Source: the human T2T-CHM13v2.0 reference genome, Homo sapiens
Strand: one strand, 5' to 3'
NCBI RefSeq assembly: GCF_009914755.1
Contig: NC_060930.1
Length of the DNA stretch: 64,000 nt
The notes below the pieces were generated by a model. It searched no databases, was not told the DNA's origin, and saw nothing but the letters and a program-made list of their open reading frames with translations. The position numbers and the translations under genes were made by a program. Shown here one piece after another: positions 29,130 to 42,614 of this stretch. Every line of letters starts with the position of its first letter. Positions within the stretch are counted from its first letter, which is position 1.

Positions 29130-29512
29130 TTTTATGGACTGAATTGTGTTCCATAACCCCCAATATGACTGTGGTTGGAAATAGGGCCTCTAAAAAGGTA
29201 ATTAAGGTTAAATGAGGTCATAAGGTTGGGGCCCTGATCTGATATGACTGCTGTCCTTATAAGTTCTTCTTATAAGGGACATGAGAGGTGTGCATATGCA
29301 GAGGAAAAAGTCACAGCAGGAAAGAGACTGTCACAAGAGAGAGAGCTCAGGAGCAACCAAACCTCCCAACACCTTGATCTTAGACTTCCAGGCCTTAGAG
29401 CTGTGAAAAAAATGCATTTTTGTTGTTTAAGTCAATGAGGTTGTGGTATTTTGTGGGATGGAATTTTGTGGCATGAAATTTTATGATTTGGAAGCCCTAG
29501 CAAATAAATACA
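29130..29512 (+). mobile_element. MLT1B-like solo LTR
   Basis: ttatggactgaattgtgt...aggtaattaaggttaaatgaggtcataagg...gccctagcaaataaataca. Confidence 0.85.
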
Positions 29513-30044
29513 GCGATTACAGCATGAAAAGATATGAGATTGAAAGCCCAGAAATAGATGAAAGACCAGAAGTAGACAGGTTAATTAGTCTATGAAACTG
29601 AAGATATTAAAAGAATACCAAATGGCCTTTTCAGCAAAGTTGCTGGCAGTATCAGATTTCCTAATATAAACATTTCCTAGCAGCATCAGGTGGCCCATGG
29701 CCTTATTCTAACATCAGGTGATTGTCAGCATGGCTGAATACCCAAGTATAAGTCATGTCTGCAAGAAGAAATAGATTTTTTTTTAGCTATTGTTACAAAT
29801 AGCTTTCTTTGTTTTGAGTTTTATACTTTGTTTATATTACTTCTCACACAATACCCTATAAATTCTGGCATATTAGTAATTACTCCAAGGTTTAGTGCCC
29901 AGCTGCCTAATTTAAGTCCATTTCTGTTGTTAATAATTAGAAACTGTAGGAAAAAACAAACAAACAAATAAACAGAAACAAACAGCACAACCAGGTCTTA
30001 AATGGGCTTTGGGTTCCATTTTAATGATATGTTAGTCTTTGAGT

Positions 30045-30357
30045 GTGTTTTTTTTTTTTTTTTTTTTTTTTAGATAGACTTTCACCCTGTCACCCAGGCT
30101 GGAGTGCAGTGGCGCAATCTCAGCTCACTGCAAGTTCCGCCTCCCGGGTTCAGTTCACACCATTCTCCTACCTCAGCCTCCCGAGTAGCTGGGACTACAG
30201 GCACCCGCCACCACGCCTGGCTTATTTTTTTTGTGTTTTTAATAGAGACAGGGTTTCACTGTGTTAGCCAGGATGGTCTCGATCTCCTGACTTGTGATCC
30301 ATCCACCTCGGCCTCCCAAAGTGCTGGGATTACAGGCGTGAGCCACCGTGCCCGGCC
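30045..30357 (-). mobile_element. AluY with internal 5-bp duplication (gttcagttca)
   Basis: Poly-T then reverse Alu with ttagccaggatggtctcgatctcc; TSD tagt(c/t)tttgagt at 30033-30044 and 30358-30369. Confidence 0.95.
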
Positions 30358-30599
30358 TAGTTTTTGAGTTTTAAAAAATAATGTTACTGTTACCCATTAC
30401 TGCTTCTTCTCAGACATGAGAAAATTTTTTCTTTATTCCTTTTGGATAAATGGATTGTTTCAAACAGAAAGAGAAGATTTGAGATAAAGGGGCCTGCTGA
30501 AGACAGTTAAACTTAAGGGAATGACTAAACAAGAAGAATGAATGAAGATAGTGACAGCTAAAAGAACATTGGATTACTATGGAAATAAGACATTTAATA

Positions 30600-31215
30600 T
30601 AACACTCATAATGATATCTACCAGTTTTTGAGCCCTTATATTACACTTGGGTCTATGCTCTGCCTTTTATATATTTTATTCAATTTAATCTTTAAAACCA
30701 CCCTATAGAGTGGATACTAAGATTAGCCAAAATTCTCAGATGAGAAAACTGCCATTTAGTGACATCAATTAATCTGCTCAAGGACAGTGCCAGGATCTGA
30801 ATCCAATTCTTTCTGATTGATAAACCTAGGACTTTGTCTTAGTCCATTTGGAATGCCATAACAAAATACAACAGATGGGGTGTCTTATAAACAACAGCAA
30901 TTTATTTCTCACAGTTCTGGAGGTTGAGAATTCCAAAATCAAGGCACCAGCATATTCAGTCACTGATGATGGCAAGCTTTCTCATAGACAGCTCCTCTCA
31001 CTCTAACTTTACATGGCAATCCATAGAGGAGTCTCTCTAAGGCCTCTTCTATAAAGGCCCTAATCCCATTCATGAGTTCTCTGCCCACATGACTTAATAA
31101 CCTCCCAAAGACCCCAGTTTCTAATACCATCATCTTAGGGGTGAGGATTTGAACATACAAATTTTGAGGACACATAAACATTCAGATCACAGCAGCATCT
31201 TTAACCACTGCAACA
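30600..31215 (-). mobile_element. MIR split by MLT1A0 (pieces ~30600-30834 and 31195-31215)
   Basis: cagatgagaaaactg core; resumes as tctttaaccactg. Confidence 0.7.
30835..31194 (-). mobile_element. MLT1A0-like solo LTR
   Basis: tgtcttagtccatttgg...aaacattcagatcacagca termini. Confidence 0.88.
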
Positions 31216-31299
31216 TACTGCTCCACAAAAGACAGATATTTCTTTTAAGAAATTACAGAAGTCAACGTGAAGCATTATAATTGAAATCTCTTGTATATT

Positions 31300-31660
31300 A
31301 TCAGGAGTCAGAAGACAGCAAAGCTGAAGTCTGACTCTGCTTTGCCCTGCGTAGTTTCAGGACACCTTGTACTTCAACTCATGTTTGCTCATGACTCAGT
31401 GTGGCTGACATCTCCATGACACACAAATTAGACCAGAGAAGCAAGACTCTCCCTGAGCTGGAGCTGGCCCTCAAGGTAGTGTATACCAATCAGATATATC
31501 CTTGGAGGACTCCATAATCAGATTTGGGAGGTCTGGAAGGAGCCCAGACTTTCTATTCAGCAGGAGTGGGCTGAGATTCAGCTGTAAATAGAAGAGAAAG
31601 GCTGCCATAGCAGTGGAAAATAACTATGTAGCCCTGGCTTGTCCATTTCACATAAATGCC
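31300..31660. mobile_element. Possible ancient LTR remnant (family unresolved); AP-1 site TGACTCA at 31392-31398
   Basis: Locally GC-richer with accaatcaga; only loose resemblance to old ERVL-type LTRs. Confidence 0.25.
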
Positions 31661-32364
31661 ACAATGATTCATCTTTGAGTTGATAAACATGTTTTCCTAA
31701 GTGAAAGTCAGACAGACAGGATGTGATTCCCAGCTAGAAGGGCTTCATTACTAAAGTATTATAGAGAGAAGCTGCTGAGCCTATGCCTTTGCCATGCTGG
31801 AAATGGATTTTTGCTAGGGGCACAGTTTTTCATTTCAGTGAAATGCAGATAAGGGGAAATTCTGGCAGTTTATTGTAGTGAGTCTTTAGTCTTACTTTCC
31901 TTTTAGTTCTCATAGTGACACAGGTCTGGTGTCATATTCAGGGCTCACATTAAGAATATGAGCAATGCTCACTGACTTCATTGACATAGTCGCCAATGTA
32001 TTCCCAAACCTGAGGGGGAAAAAAACACCACAGACTCAGGATTTGAAATATAGATGGCACTGTTAGACTCAGGATCTATGTTTAGAAAGAAATTAGGCAC
32101 ATAGCCACCAGATAGATGCAAGGAAAATACCACACCTCAGTTATTAAGGCATCAGGTTTTCTTACAGGCTCTTGTTTACAAGTACAACCCAAGTTCACCA
32201 CCATCACCCCACACTACCCCATACTTTCAAAAATCACTTTATAATTCCCAGGGGAGAATTATAAATCAATGTTGATTGATTGCTCTGTAGTATATGTAAA
32301 CAAATAAAACCAATGGGCATGGGGAGCCCAATTCACTGCTTCTCTTGTGACAAGATTAATTTCA

Positions 32365-33410
32365 AGTCAATCCAGCACTGAACAAACATATATTGGGCAT
32401 GTAATATTTGGTGGTCTCCATCTGGTTGCTGGGATAGGAGTATGAATAAGAAGGAGCTTTTACTTGTGAGGGCCTTACAACCCAATAAGGGAGACAGAAG
32501 CACAAACACCTGTCAGTGTAATGTGGCATGAGAAATAGTAGAATTAGAAAGTATGATGAAAAGAATAATGAAAGAATAATTTTTTCCTGACTGAAAGTAG
32601 AGTTAGGAATGAAAATAGAATTACAGAAAGCTGAAGCTAGGAGCTTGATAAGGTCTAAATGTGTGTCCCCTCCAAATCTCAAGTTGATGTGTGATCCTAA
32701 ATGTTGGTGGAGGGGGCTGCTGGGAGGTATTTGGATCACTGGGGCAGATGGCTCTTAAATGTCTTGGTGCCCTCTCCGTGGCAATGAGTTCACTTGAAAG
32801 CTGGTTGTTTAAAGACCCAGTACCTCCCCACTCTCTCTTGCTCCCTCTCTGACCATCTAACACACTTCCTTCCCTTCCCTTCTGATTTGACCAAAAGCTT
32901 CCTAAAGCTTCACCAGAAGCTGAGCAGATTGCAGTGTACAGCCTGTGCAGCCTGCAGAACCGTGAGCCGAATAAACCTGTTTTCCTTATAAATTACTCAG
33001 TCTCAGGTATTCCTTTACAGCAACACAAAATGGACCAGAACAGAGATGATACTGTGATAGATTTTAAAGCCTGAGAAAATCATTTTTCAGGTAGACTAGT
33101 GAAGTAATGCATTCTAAGCCTGGGGAAGAATATGGGCAAAATCATAGCAGAGGGCCTGTTTGTGGTATAGTTTAGGAATGGTGACACATCAGGCATGGCT
33201 GTAGAGTGAGGTTTTGTGAGGACAGTGTGGAGGCAAAACTAGAAAGGCACATTGCAAGTAGGTTGCGGGGTAAGTGGGGCAGGTTGTAAGTGGGAGTGGG
33301 GAGGTGGGGAGTAACATTGTTGCCTTTTTTGCTCTAGAAGGTGGAATACCAGCAGAGGCCTTTAAAAAAGAATCTGACAGGATCTGAGTTCAGATATAGA
33401 TAAACCACCT
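32365..33410 (-). mobile_element. L2 split by an MST LTR
   Basis: aacaaacatatattgggcat, ccaataagggagacaga, tgacaggatctgagttcag. Confidence 0.6.
32646..33042 (+). mobile_element. MSTB-like solo LTR (MaLR)
   Basis: tgataaggt...cagcctgcagaaccgtgagccgaataaacc...aaaatggaccagaaca; TSD gagct/gagat. Confidence 0.9.
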
Positions 33411-33949
33411 CTATCCATTTATTTATCTTTTATTAAATTATTCTGCATTTTTCTTGTATGTAAAACCTGCTTTTCATAAGGCCATATTTTAATCAGAAGT
33501 GCATTTATCAGGCAGCGCCATCAAAGTAGAAGACAGAACATGGGAGAATGGAAAATCAGGAGAGTAATTTTATCTTCAGGAATGAAAATGAGCATTGAAA
33601 GGTCATTGTTCTGTCCTTTGCCTCTTGAGGCTGGCAAATCTAGACACAAGGAGTCAGAGTTGGTACTCTTTCTGGCCTTAATGATAGTAACATCAAGATT
33701 CTTTCAAAGCACAAAATGACACTCATAAGAAGGATCCTGCTTACCAGACAAGCCTCATTCTTCAGCACTGCCATGTGGGAACCCCCGGCTTCCTTTTTCA
33801 GCATGAGTTTCAGGAGACTGATTTCACCATAATTTCTTCTTTCTGTGCTTTTTCATATTCTGATAAATACTTAAAATAGTCTTTCATTTAATAACCTTTT
33901 TTACTGGATGATTCCTATTTGATTCCTATTTATTCTTTCAGCTCATATA

Positions 33950-34185
33950 TAATCTGCTCCAGGAAGACTTCCTTGAACATTATGAACTTGGGTTAGTTCT
34001 TCCCTTATGTGTCTCAATGTTATCTCACATGTATTTTCATTATACCAATTTTCCCATTGTATTAAAGTTGCTTAACTTTTTCTACATCAAATTGCAAGCT
34101 TTTGGTAGGCAGGCACTTTAGCCTACCACAGTATTCTCAATGTCATATACTTAGAAGATCCTCCAAATGTTTGTTAAATCTAACG
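33950..34185 (+). mobile_element. L2 3' fragment
   Basis: ctccaggaagacttccttga...aaatgtttgttaaat. Confidence 0.55.
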
Positions 34186-35139
34186 CAAGAGAATGAGAAA
34201 AAGAAATAAATTTAATTATTTAAAGTCAGATAAGGAACTCTTCTATAGCCAAGGCCTGGATGGTTTTAGCAAGTAAATATAGGTAGATAATAAAGAAAGC
34301 CTTCTCTTTCTTTAACATGGCAGAAAAGTCAAATAGTTGAAGAGTGGGGCCAGCATATAATGGAGTAAAGGACAATAAATTACCAATACTTGACAAAATG
34401 TATATGTGCTTGAAAAACAATATCAGGTTTAGGGAGAAGGTCATTAGCCTCTCAATGGCCCATTTTCATTTCCAATGATGAAGAATCTTTCAAGTTTAGG
34501 TGTAAATGGTGCCTGTGGGAACCTAAGATAAACATCATTATCTCTATATCCTTGTTTGCCCCTTAAAACCTTAATAAGCAATAGTTACTCCATACAGAAA
34601 ATACTGAAATTTTAATGTTTAACAGGCTTTTCAGATGACACCTACTGGAAGAAGAAAAAGTTTATAGTTACTCTTCCAGAAACAGAAACTCATTGACTTG
34701 GATTTAATTTAGAGATAGAAGCACAGTGTCTCAATTTTAGCTCTTACACCTATCTACACAGCATCCAGTTACCAAGTCATGTTGATTCTGCCTGCTAAAT
34801 AGTTCTCAAATCCACTTACTTTTCTATGTCCTCTTCCTTAATCCTAGCTTTATGGACTATCTCAATAATCTTTTATTTGGTTTTTCGTATTTGACACATT
34901 CTTTTGAAGTACAAGACTGAGTGTACCAATCCTAAAATTAAAATCCTTCCAAAGAAGTCTTCCTAATGTTTTGGGATTAGATATAAAATGTGGAGTGTAG
35001 ATCCTCCATTCTGGGCCCCAGCAGCTCCTGTCTGTGCTCTCCTTCTTGCACACTTTTACTGCTACCCACCCAATCTCTGCCATAGTGACTGTCACAAACT
35101 ACTTCTCATTCTTAACATTTTCCTCATCTGTGTGCTTAG

Positions 35140-35742
35140 AAAATATCTATGGGTTTTCTATTGCCATCTAATAAATCACCACAAATTTAGCAACTTAAAA
35201 CCATAGTTTTCAAGAGTCAGGAGGAGTCTAGGCATAATTTAGTTGAGTGTTCTGCTTAGGGGCTCACGAGGTTGCAATTAAGATAAAAGCCTGGGATATG
35301 ATCTCATCTAAGCTTTAGGTACATTTCCAAGTTCAATGGTTGTATGCAGAATTCAGTTCCTTGTGACCATAGGATTGAGAACTTCAGCTCCTAGAAATCA
35401 CCAACATTCCCTGCCACATGGGTCTCTCCACAGCATGGCAGTTTGCTTCTTCAAGGCCAGCAGGAGACTATTTCTGCTCCTTCAAGTCTGAATTCTAGAT
35501 CCTCCTTGAAAATGCTGACCTGACTAGTACAGGCTCACTCAGGAAAAACTCCCTTTTGAGTCATTTAAAGTCAACTGATTAGGATTTTCATTACATCTGC
35601 AAAATCCCCTTACTTTTGCCTTATAACCTAACCTGATCAAGGGAATAACATTCGATCATATTCACAGGTCCTACTCAAACTCAAGAGAGGGGGCTTATAG
35701 GAGTATAACTCTTTGGAGGAGATCTTAGAATTTTGCTTAACT
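35140..35742 (-). mobile_element. MLT1E/F-like solo LTR
   Basis: caccacaaatttagcaacttaaaac, gcagaattcagttccttgtg, ttacatctgcaaaatccc, atcttagaattttgc. Confidence 0.8.
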
Positions 35743-36020
35743 CCCTTGGATATATAATCTCATTTTAGTTCATCTTTCCTCATTCTAACCCTTGCTGAAA
35801 CTGTAATCAAATCAGGTATCACAAGCTCAGATGCCTACAGTGACTGGCAGGTTTTGTTAATGAATAAAGTGACAGTAAAGAGTGGTAGTAAATGTGGTGA
35901 TTTCAAAGGCTTCTGGCCATTAAAGTAATCCAAATCTCCTCAATTCTAATCAATCATTGCCTTGCAGAATTATGGCCCAGCAGCTTTTTCTAATTTTTTC
36001 AGATCAGCCAGGAATCCAGA

Positions 36021-36160
36021 TGTTTGTGTGTGTGTGTGTGTGTTTGCATGCTCGCGCATGTGTGTGTATGTACGTGTGTTTGTCTATTATGCAGTGTGTG
36101 TCTGTTATGCAGTGTGTGTCTATTACGTGTGTGTATGTACATGTGTGTGTCTATTATGCA
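36021..36160. repeat. (TG)n with nested 18-bp and 34-bp duplications
   Basis: gtctattatgcagtgtgt units; gtgtgtgtatgtac..gtctattatgca occurs twice. Confidence 0.9.
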
Positions 36161-36467
36161 TATCTTGAAGCCCGATTCCCTGATGTGATGGTATTTGAAG
36201 ATGTGGATTTGCGGAGTTAATTAGGTAATGAGGGTGCAGCCCTCATTAATATTTGTGCCTTTATAAAAGGGATCTCAGAGAGCTCGCTCTCTTTCTGCTA
36301 CATGAGGATACAAGGAGAAAACGACCATTTGCAAACCAGGAAGAGTGCCCTTATTATACACCATATCTGCCAGCACCTTGATCTTGGATCTTCCAGCCTC
36401 CAGACTGCAAAAAATAAATTTCTGCTGCTTAAATATTCTGTTTTAGTAGTTCTAACTGACTGACACA
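36158..36467 (+). mobile_element. MLT1A0-like LTR (5' end eroded by microsatellite)
   Basis: atgtgatggtatttgaag, ctgccagcaccttgatcttgga, aataaatttctg, actgactgacaca. Confidence 0.85.
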
Positions 36468-36799
36468 GTGTCTGAGTATAAAATATTCTGATTTACAAAT
36501 GTTCTAATTAATTCTAATAATAAAAACTCTCTCCAGGCCAACAGTATGCAGAATAAATAAATATATTTGCAGTCAGGATTTTTCCTTGTGCTATTACTTT
36601 GAAAATTTTAAGTGATTCCATCAAGATTATAAGTTATATGTATCTTTTTCAATACATTTTTATCCTTGTAGACTATAACTCCATGAGAACCTGGATTGTA
36701 TCTCTTATTCATTTATATATTTGAGCACTTAACACACTGAGGACACATAATGGATGATCAATACATATTTGTTGAATGGATTAATAAATGGAAACCTTG

Positions 36800-36995
36800 T
36801 GAATTCTCAGGAAGATAGGCCTGGGTTAAAATTATAACTTGCCAACTAGGCAGTTTGATCTTTGATGAATTGTTAACATTCTGAGCCTTACTTTCATTAT
36901 ATACAAAATGTGATTATATATAACTACTAGTTTTATTGTGAGGACTAACTGGAATAATGAATATAAATTACATAGGATAGCAGTTTCTCATTGTA
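36800..36995 (+). mobile_element. MIR
   Basis: cctgggtt...ttctgagccttactttcattatatacaaaatg...ttgtgaggactaa. Confidence 0.7.
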
Positions 36996-38989
36996 AGATG
37001 ATTTTTCTTTTTCAGAGATGGCTCACAGATATGAGTGAATGAGTGTACACTCTGTTTTAGCACTAAATGCTTCAACCATATACTTTTGTACAATTTCTAT
37101 GTTTTAGAGTTACAGTGGTGGATGGTCTTATCAAATTCAAGTGTTATATCGGAAAATTATGTATGTATGTTACTATATATACATAGAAGATATATATATA
37201 TAAATTACATTGTATATATACAATTTACATATTTCAAAGGTTGATAGTTTTGGTTAAGGTAATAGAGTTGGATCTTTGGCAAGGAGAGCAGGGAGCAGGG
37301 AAAGCTGTGGTGCTGAGGAGAATGAGGCAGTATGATATTGTATGCAGAGCCTCTTTTCTGCCTCCCACACAGAAAGCATGAAAAAAGAGCTACTCTCTAG
37401 TAACAATATTCCTTTGAAATATTTTCAAAGGAAATGAAGCCACAATTTGTTCCTAACTGCTTTATTTCACAAACACTATCAGGAAGGGAAATTCCTATTG
37501 TACTTAGTGGATGCATTAAATTCTGGACATTAGTATTGTGCTTTTTCCAGGTATAGTTACAAGCATTTTCATAAGTAGACAATTATAGACAGCTTATAAT
37601 TTATTATTGTAGGGTTATAAAATAAAGGAACAAAAAAGAAAAAAAATCTTCTTTTAAAATAATGAATGCTTTAGTTAAAATGATCAGATAAATCCACATG
37701 AGCAAAGACAAAAAAAGTCACAGGAAGCACTTCTGCAGAAAGATCAGTCCATCATGTTAGGAATATTCAATGATATTGTCCTTATTTCATTTTTTAGGCT
37801 TCTACTGTGTTTACAGTGGAAGCTATTTTATTTTGTTGTACATCAGAAGATGAGAATGTGCTTAAGGGAATTTGATCCAATTAGTATTACATTGCTGGCC
37901 TTTAGTAAGGAACATACCAAATGAATTCAAGAGTAGAACTGAAATATATTGGTTACACATAGTAAATATTCTAAAGGTTCAAGAGTACCAAAAATTTAAC
38001 TTTGTAATTACAAGCAAATGCATTATAAGATTTTAGAATCTGAATTGTTCATAGCTGTAGGGAATCATTTCAACAAACGATTCTTGGGGAAGAAGTACAA
38101 TCAAATGAAGCTGAACCACGTAATAAAATTAACAGTATGCACTTGGTAAACTCCTTCTTACTAAATGTGTTAATATCATCAAAGACAATCTCTCCTACCA
38201 TCTGCAGAAGCAGTGAGAACCTACAAGAGTAAATAACTCCCACAATTGTTCAATTTGTTATTAACAAACTTGTAAAATTATTTTATAAATTTCTTTCTAA
38301 GACATTATCTTTTATAATCATTAAAAATTTTACACTGCTAGTTGGTGTATTTTTAAATGTAGATGCAAGCAAAAAAATAATCTAGCTGCAAAATAGACCC
38401 AAATACATTTCTGCTTTTTATTTTTTTCAAGGTCATAATAATTCAATTTTTACCTTTTGCAAGTACTACACCGGAACTAACCAGAAAAAATATTTTTGAC
38501 TACATAAAACAGGACAGATTTGGGATTAAGAAATAGGGAGTTTAACACATGTGGACTTTGTTTTACATAGTAAACGTATTTCCAAAATTATATATTAATG
38601 TGAAGCAAGCAAGGAGTTATTTATGCATGTAAATGATAGCTGAACTTATATAAGTAAATGATATTGCCAAGGGAATATTAATATCCATCCTAGTGCCAAC
38701 TGAGATGCCCACATTTATTCCTTAGTCAGTGTAAGAAGGCATGCTCACCATGGCCTGTTTGACTGACAGGGTGTTGTAGAAAATATCTGCTGCTGCTCTA
38801 AGCTAAGAGCTGACAATTTTGGAAGGAAACTCAAGTGTTAAGCTGGGGTGGCCTATATGACCCTCGCTTTTGCTCCAGGAGCTTGAAAATATGGCACTCC
38901 TCAATCCTGTGTACCCAGATCAGACCATTTATGCTCTTAACATCTTTCTTTGTGTGCTTTCATCTTGGCATGTAATGCCTTAGTCAAGG

Positions 38990-40335
38990 ACTTCACTCCA
39001 GTTTTCCCTTCTTCTTGTATCACTTTCTTTTCTTCTCATTGGATCATTCATATCAACGAAAACATATACTGTTGTTTTCCCCACCTTCAAAAGAGAACAG
39101 AAAACTTCCTTTGACCTCACATTCCTTTCTAGCTACTCCTGAATTCTCTGCTCTCTTCTAGAGCAGATCTCTTGTTAAGTACTCTTGGTTTTTGCAGTCT
39201 CCACTTATTCATGGCAGTTGTTTCTTGAATTTGTTCCAGATTTTCATCTCCACCTCTCAACAAAAATTGCTAGTGTCAAGGTCATCAATAACCTCCATAG
39301 TAATAGATCAATAAATTCAAATTCCAGCCTTCATTTTTCTTGATTTTTCAGCAACATTTGAAATACTCTCTCCTTCTTGTATTAAACATTGTCTTGTCTT
39401 GCCTTCTGGAAGAGTGTTCTTGTTTACTTTCAATTGTTCCATGTGGATCGAATCCATCTTCTTCACAACTAAACATGTCATGCTCCAGGCTTAGTTCTCA
39501 GCTGTCTTCTGTTCTCTAACTGAACTTATGCTCCTTCATTCTTGGGATTTTGATATCATTTATATATGGATGACTCTCACATTCATGTCTTCAACCCTGA
39601 CTTGCCTCCTAAGCTATATATTTTTATCTCCAAATTTATACTTGATTTTCCTTTAAGATATGCAATACTTGTCCCAAATTAGCTTAAGTTAAAATAAATT
39701 CTTGACAATTGTCTTTCAAATATCTTCCTTCTTTAGTCTAAAATAGTGGTTCTGGGGAATAATTTTGTCTCCCACAGGACATTTGACAATGTCTGAAGAT
39801 ACTTCCAAGTGTCACAACAAGGGGTGTATGCTACCGCCATCTATATTCAATACACAGCCAAAGTGGAAAACTTCGTTCTCCTCTTCCTCTCACCCTCATG
39901 TTCAACCCATTGGCAAACCTTGTCAAATCTACTTTGGAAATATATCTGGAATTCCTCATCAATTCCAGTGCTACTTCTCCATTCTATGCCACCATCAACT
40001 CTCACCTGGATTAATTCACCTCTTGTCCCAACTAGTCTCCCCTTTTCTACTAGTGCAGATGAAAATTCTACACATTAGCCAGAGCAATCCTTTTAGAACA
40101 CTTAGGAACCTCCAGAGACTTCTTGTCTACCTCAGAATGAAATTCAAAGCTTTTACTTTTCTTCATAGCCTATTTACATTTGTTTTTTTTTTTTTTAAAT
40201 CATTTGTCTCATCTTACCAACAGTATAAACTTAAAATAACAGTGACTCTGTTTTGTTTATTGCAGTATTCCAGAGCCTAAAAGAGTATAGTATACATAGT
40301 AGGTACATAATACATATTTATGGATTGAATAAATA
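38990..40335 (+). mobile_element. L2a (ORF2 remnant to 3' end)
   Basis: gtcaaggtcatcaataacctccat, tcagcaacatttga, gatgactctcacattc, terminal acatagtaggtacataatacatatttatggattgaat. Confidence 0.8.
39744..39843 (+). mobile_element. MER20 fragment (hAT-Charlie) inside L2
   Basis: agtggttct...caggacatttgacaatgtctgaagat...tgtcacaac...tgctaccgccatcta. Confidence 0.75.
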
Positions 40336-40348
40336 TCCACAAGGTAAG

Positions 40349-40711
40349 TGTATTAGTCTGTTTTCACGCTGCTATAAAGAACTGCCTGAGACTGGGTAAT
40401 TTATAAAGAAAATAGGTTTAATTGACTCACAGTTCCACATTGCTGGGGAGGCCTCAGAAAACTTACAATCATGGTGGAAAGCAAAGGAGAAGCAAGCACC
40501 TTCTTCACAGGGCAGCAGGACGGAGTAAGTAGAAGCAGGGGAAATGCCAGGTGCTTACAATTCCATTGGATCTCACGAGACTCACTATCATGAGATCAGC
40601 TGGGGAAACCGCCCCCATGATCCAATGACCTCCCATCAGCTCCCTCCCTAACATGAGGAGATTACAATTTCAGATGAGATTTGGGTGGGGACACGGAACC
40701 AAACTATATCA
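40349..40711 (-). mobile_element. THE1D-like solo LTR
   Basis: tgtattagtctgttttcacgctgctataaagaac...ccaaactatatca; gcaagcaccttcttcac. Confidence 0.92.
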
Positions 40712-41099
40712 CTGAGTCATGCTTGATGACCCAGTTAGTAAGGATCTTCCAAACACTCCGGAGTGGACAATACTGACCGCAGAAAAAGCCATTAAGTTAT
40801 ATCAGAATGTGCTTTTAAAATATCCCTTCTTAGTCAAATAGAATGTTGGTAGCCCTATGGTAGCCCCCCATTTAAAAAAAAGTATTCATGTCTTATAAAA
40901 TTCAAGTTCTAGGGATCCTGGTATAGATTTTTATAAAGTCTTTCCATCCCCCTTTCTCTTTCCACAACTCTAAATTAGGACCAAATGCTTTCCTGTATAA
41001 ACTACTACAACATCCTCCTGACAAGTCATTAACTAACTTAAATTCACCATTTTCTGCATTAAAAAGCATTTGAAAACTAACCAATTGCTTGTCAAATTA

Positions 41100-41755
41100 A
41101 GATAAAGAGTCTCTTTTTGGCATTGATATTCTTGATGATACAAGTCCAAATAAATTTCCAATTTTAGTTTTCACTATTCCTTCAGAGAGAAGACAGATTT
41201 GCCACTGAGCAATTCTAGGTTACCTTTTAAGTCTATGTTTTTTGAGCTCCATGTCTTTACTTAACCTGGTCTCTCTAGATAAAATGATGGAATTCTCTTA
41301 TTACCATCTGCAACACCCCAACCTTTGACATTCTACAGAATCCTTGAGGTTCATTTAAAATGACATTTTTCCTTATAAGACCTCCCCTATATTCCCTGAG
41401 AAGTGACTTTCCTTCCCTTAAATGCCACAGAGCTCAATTAGTACTTTCTTTATGTTCTAGTCTTCCTTCAACCAGGAATTGAAACTTACAGATTTGTCTT
41501 TTCTCTTAGATGGCACATTCTTGAGGAAAGTTTTTCTTTTTTTAAATTTTTATAACTTTCTTAAAACTTATCAAAATATATTTGGATTTAATATAATAAC
41601 ATATAATGTGTGTAAGCTTCACATTTTCAATAGTATTGTAAGTTCCTTAAGGTCTAAAATTATGCCAGATCTTTTTGCATTGTATAAACTATCTTTTGAA
41701 TACCATAATTCCTAGATCCATAGTAAAAGCTCAATAAGCAATTATTGAACAAAAT
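41100..41755 (+). mobile_element. Degenerate L2
   Basis: atccttgaggttcatttaaaatgaca, terminal catagtaaaagctcaataagcaattattgaa. Confidence 0.5.
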
Positions 41756-42614
41756 GCCTGAAAACTTTTAACATTTGTAATGAAAAGAAGTGTGTTAGAA
41801 ATATATGTGTTTATATCTATGATAAACAGAATTCTAAATTTTATTTGTGAAGAAAGACATACAAAATACAAGACCTTGCTGTTTTTATTTATGAACATTT
41901 TAATTTACATTAATATTTTGATGGTATTAGTTTTCCTTTTAACACAGCTAAACAAAACTCTTTTTTGGACTCAGAAGTTATCATTATCCTATGAACTGGA
42001 TGTATTGAATCTTCCCCATATCGTACATTCTCTTCTCCCTGCTGGGATAACTTCTATGAATTTCTAAGAATAGCTTAAAATGTTTTTATCAAGAAGGCTT
42101 ACCTGAGCTTCTCAATATAATCTTGATAGAAGACTATCTAACTGCTTTAAAATATTAATAAAATGCGGTTTTGTTATTTTTCTCTATCTCTAAACATAAT
42201 TGAATGTCTTATATAGCTAACGAAGTTAACATATGGAAAAATTAGCACACCACTGATGAAATATATTGTCTTTGTGTTAAAAAACTGAAAATATATATCT
42301 TGGCTATGAAGAATTGTGCTGACTTTCTGTGCAAATTCTCACACCAGGCTAGGGTCTCTCTCCTGCCTAAGAGATCTGGTCTAGATATACATACCCTTCT
42401 ACATCATCCATTTTTCTCTTTACTGAATATTCCCCCCAGAATACAAAATATGCCAAGTCTTTCCTATTCTAAACAACACACCACCCCTACACACAATTGC
42501 CTTAGAATCCTCTAGTTCCTGCTTGCTCCTCCCAAACCTTCTGCAAGAATTGTTAGAACTTCCTTTCCACTTCACCAATATTATTCAAACCAAGGCATTC
42601 TGGCTTTGATCCTC

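Larger units (their letters stand above)
35813..36610. mobile_element. MER102-like hAT DNA transposon split by (TG)n/MLT1A0
   Basis: Terminus caggtatcacaagctcagatgcctacagtgactggcagg; other end atttgcagtcaggattt...actttgaaa. Confidence 0.6.
34730..36790 (+). mobile_element. L2 split by MLT1E-like LTR, MER102 and MLT1A0 (3' end ~36660-36790)
   Basis: catccagttaccaagtcatgttgattctgcc; terminal tagactataactccatgagaac...atatttgttgaatggattaat. Confidence 0.65.
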
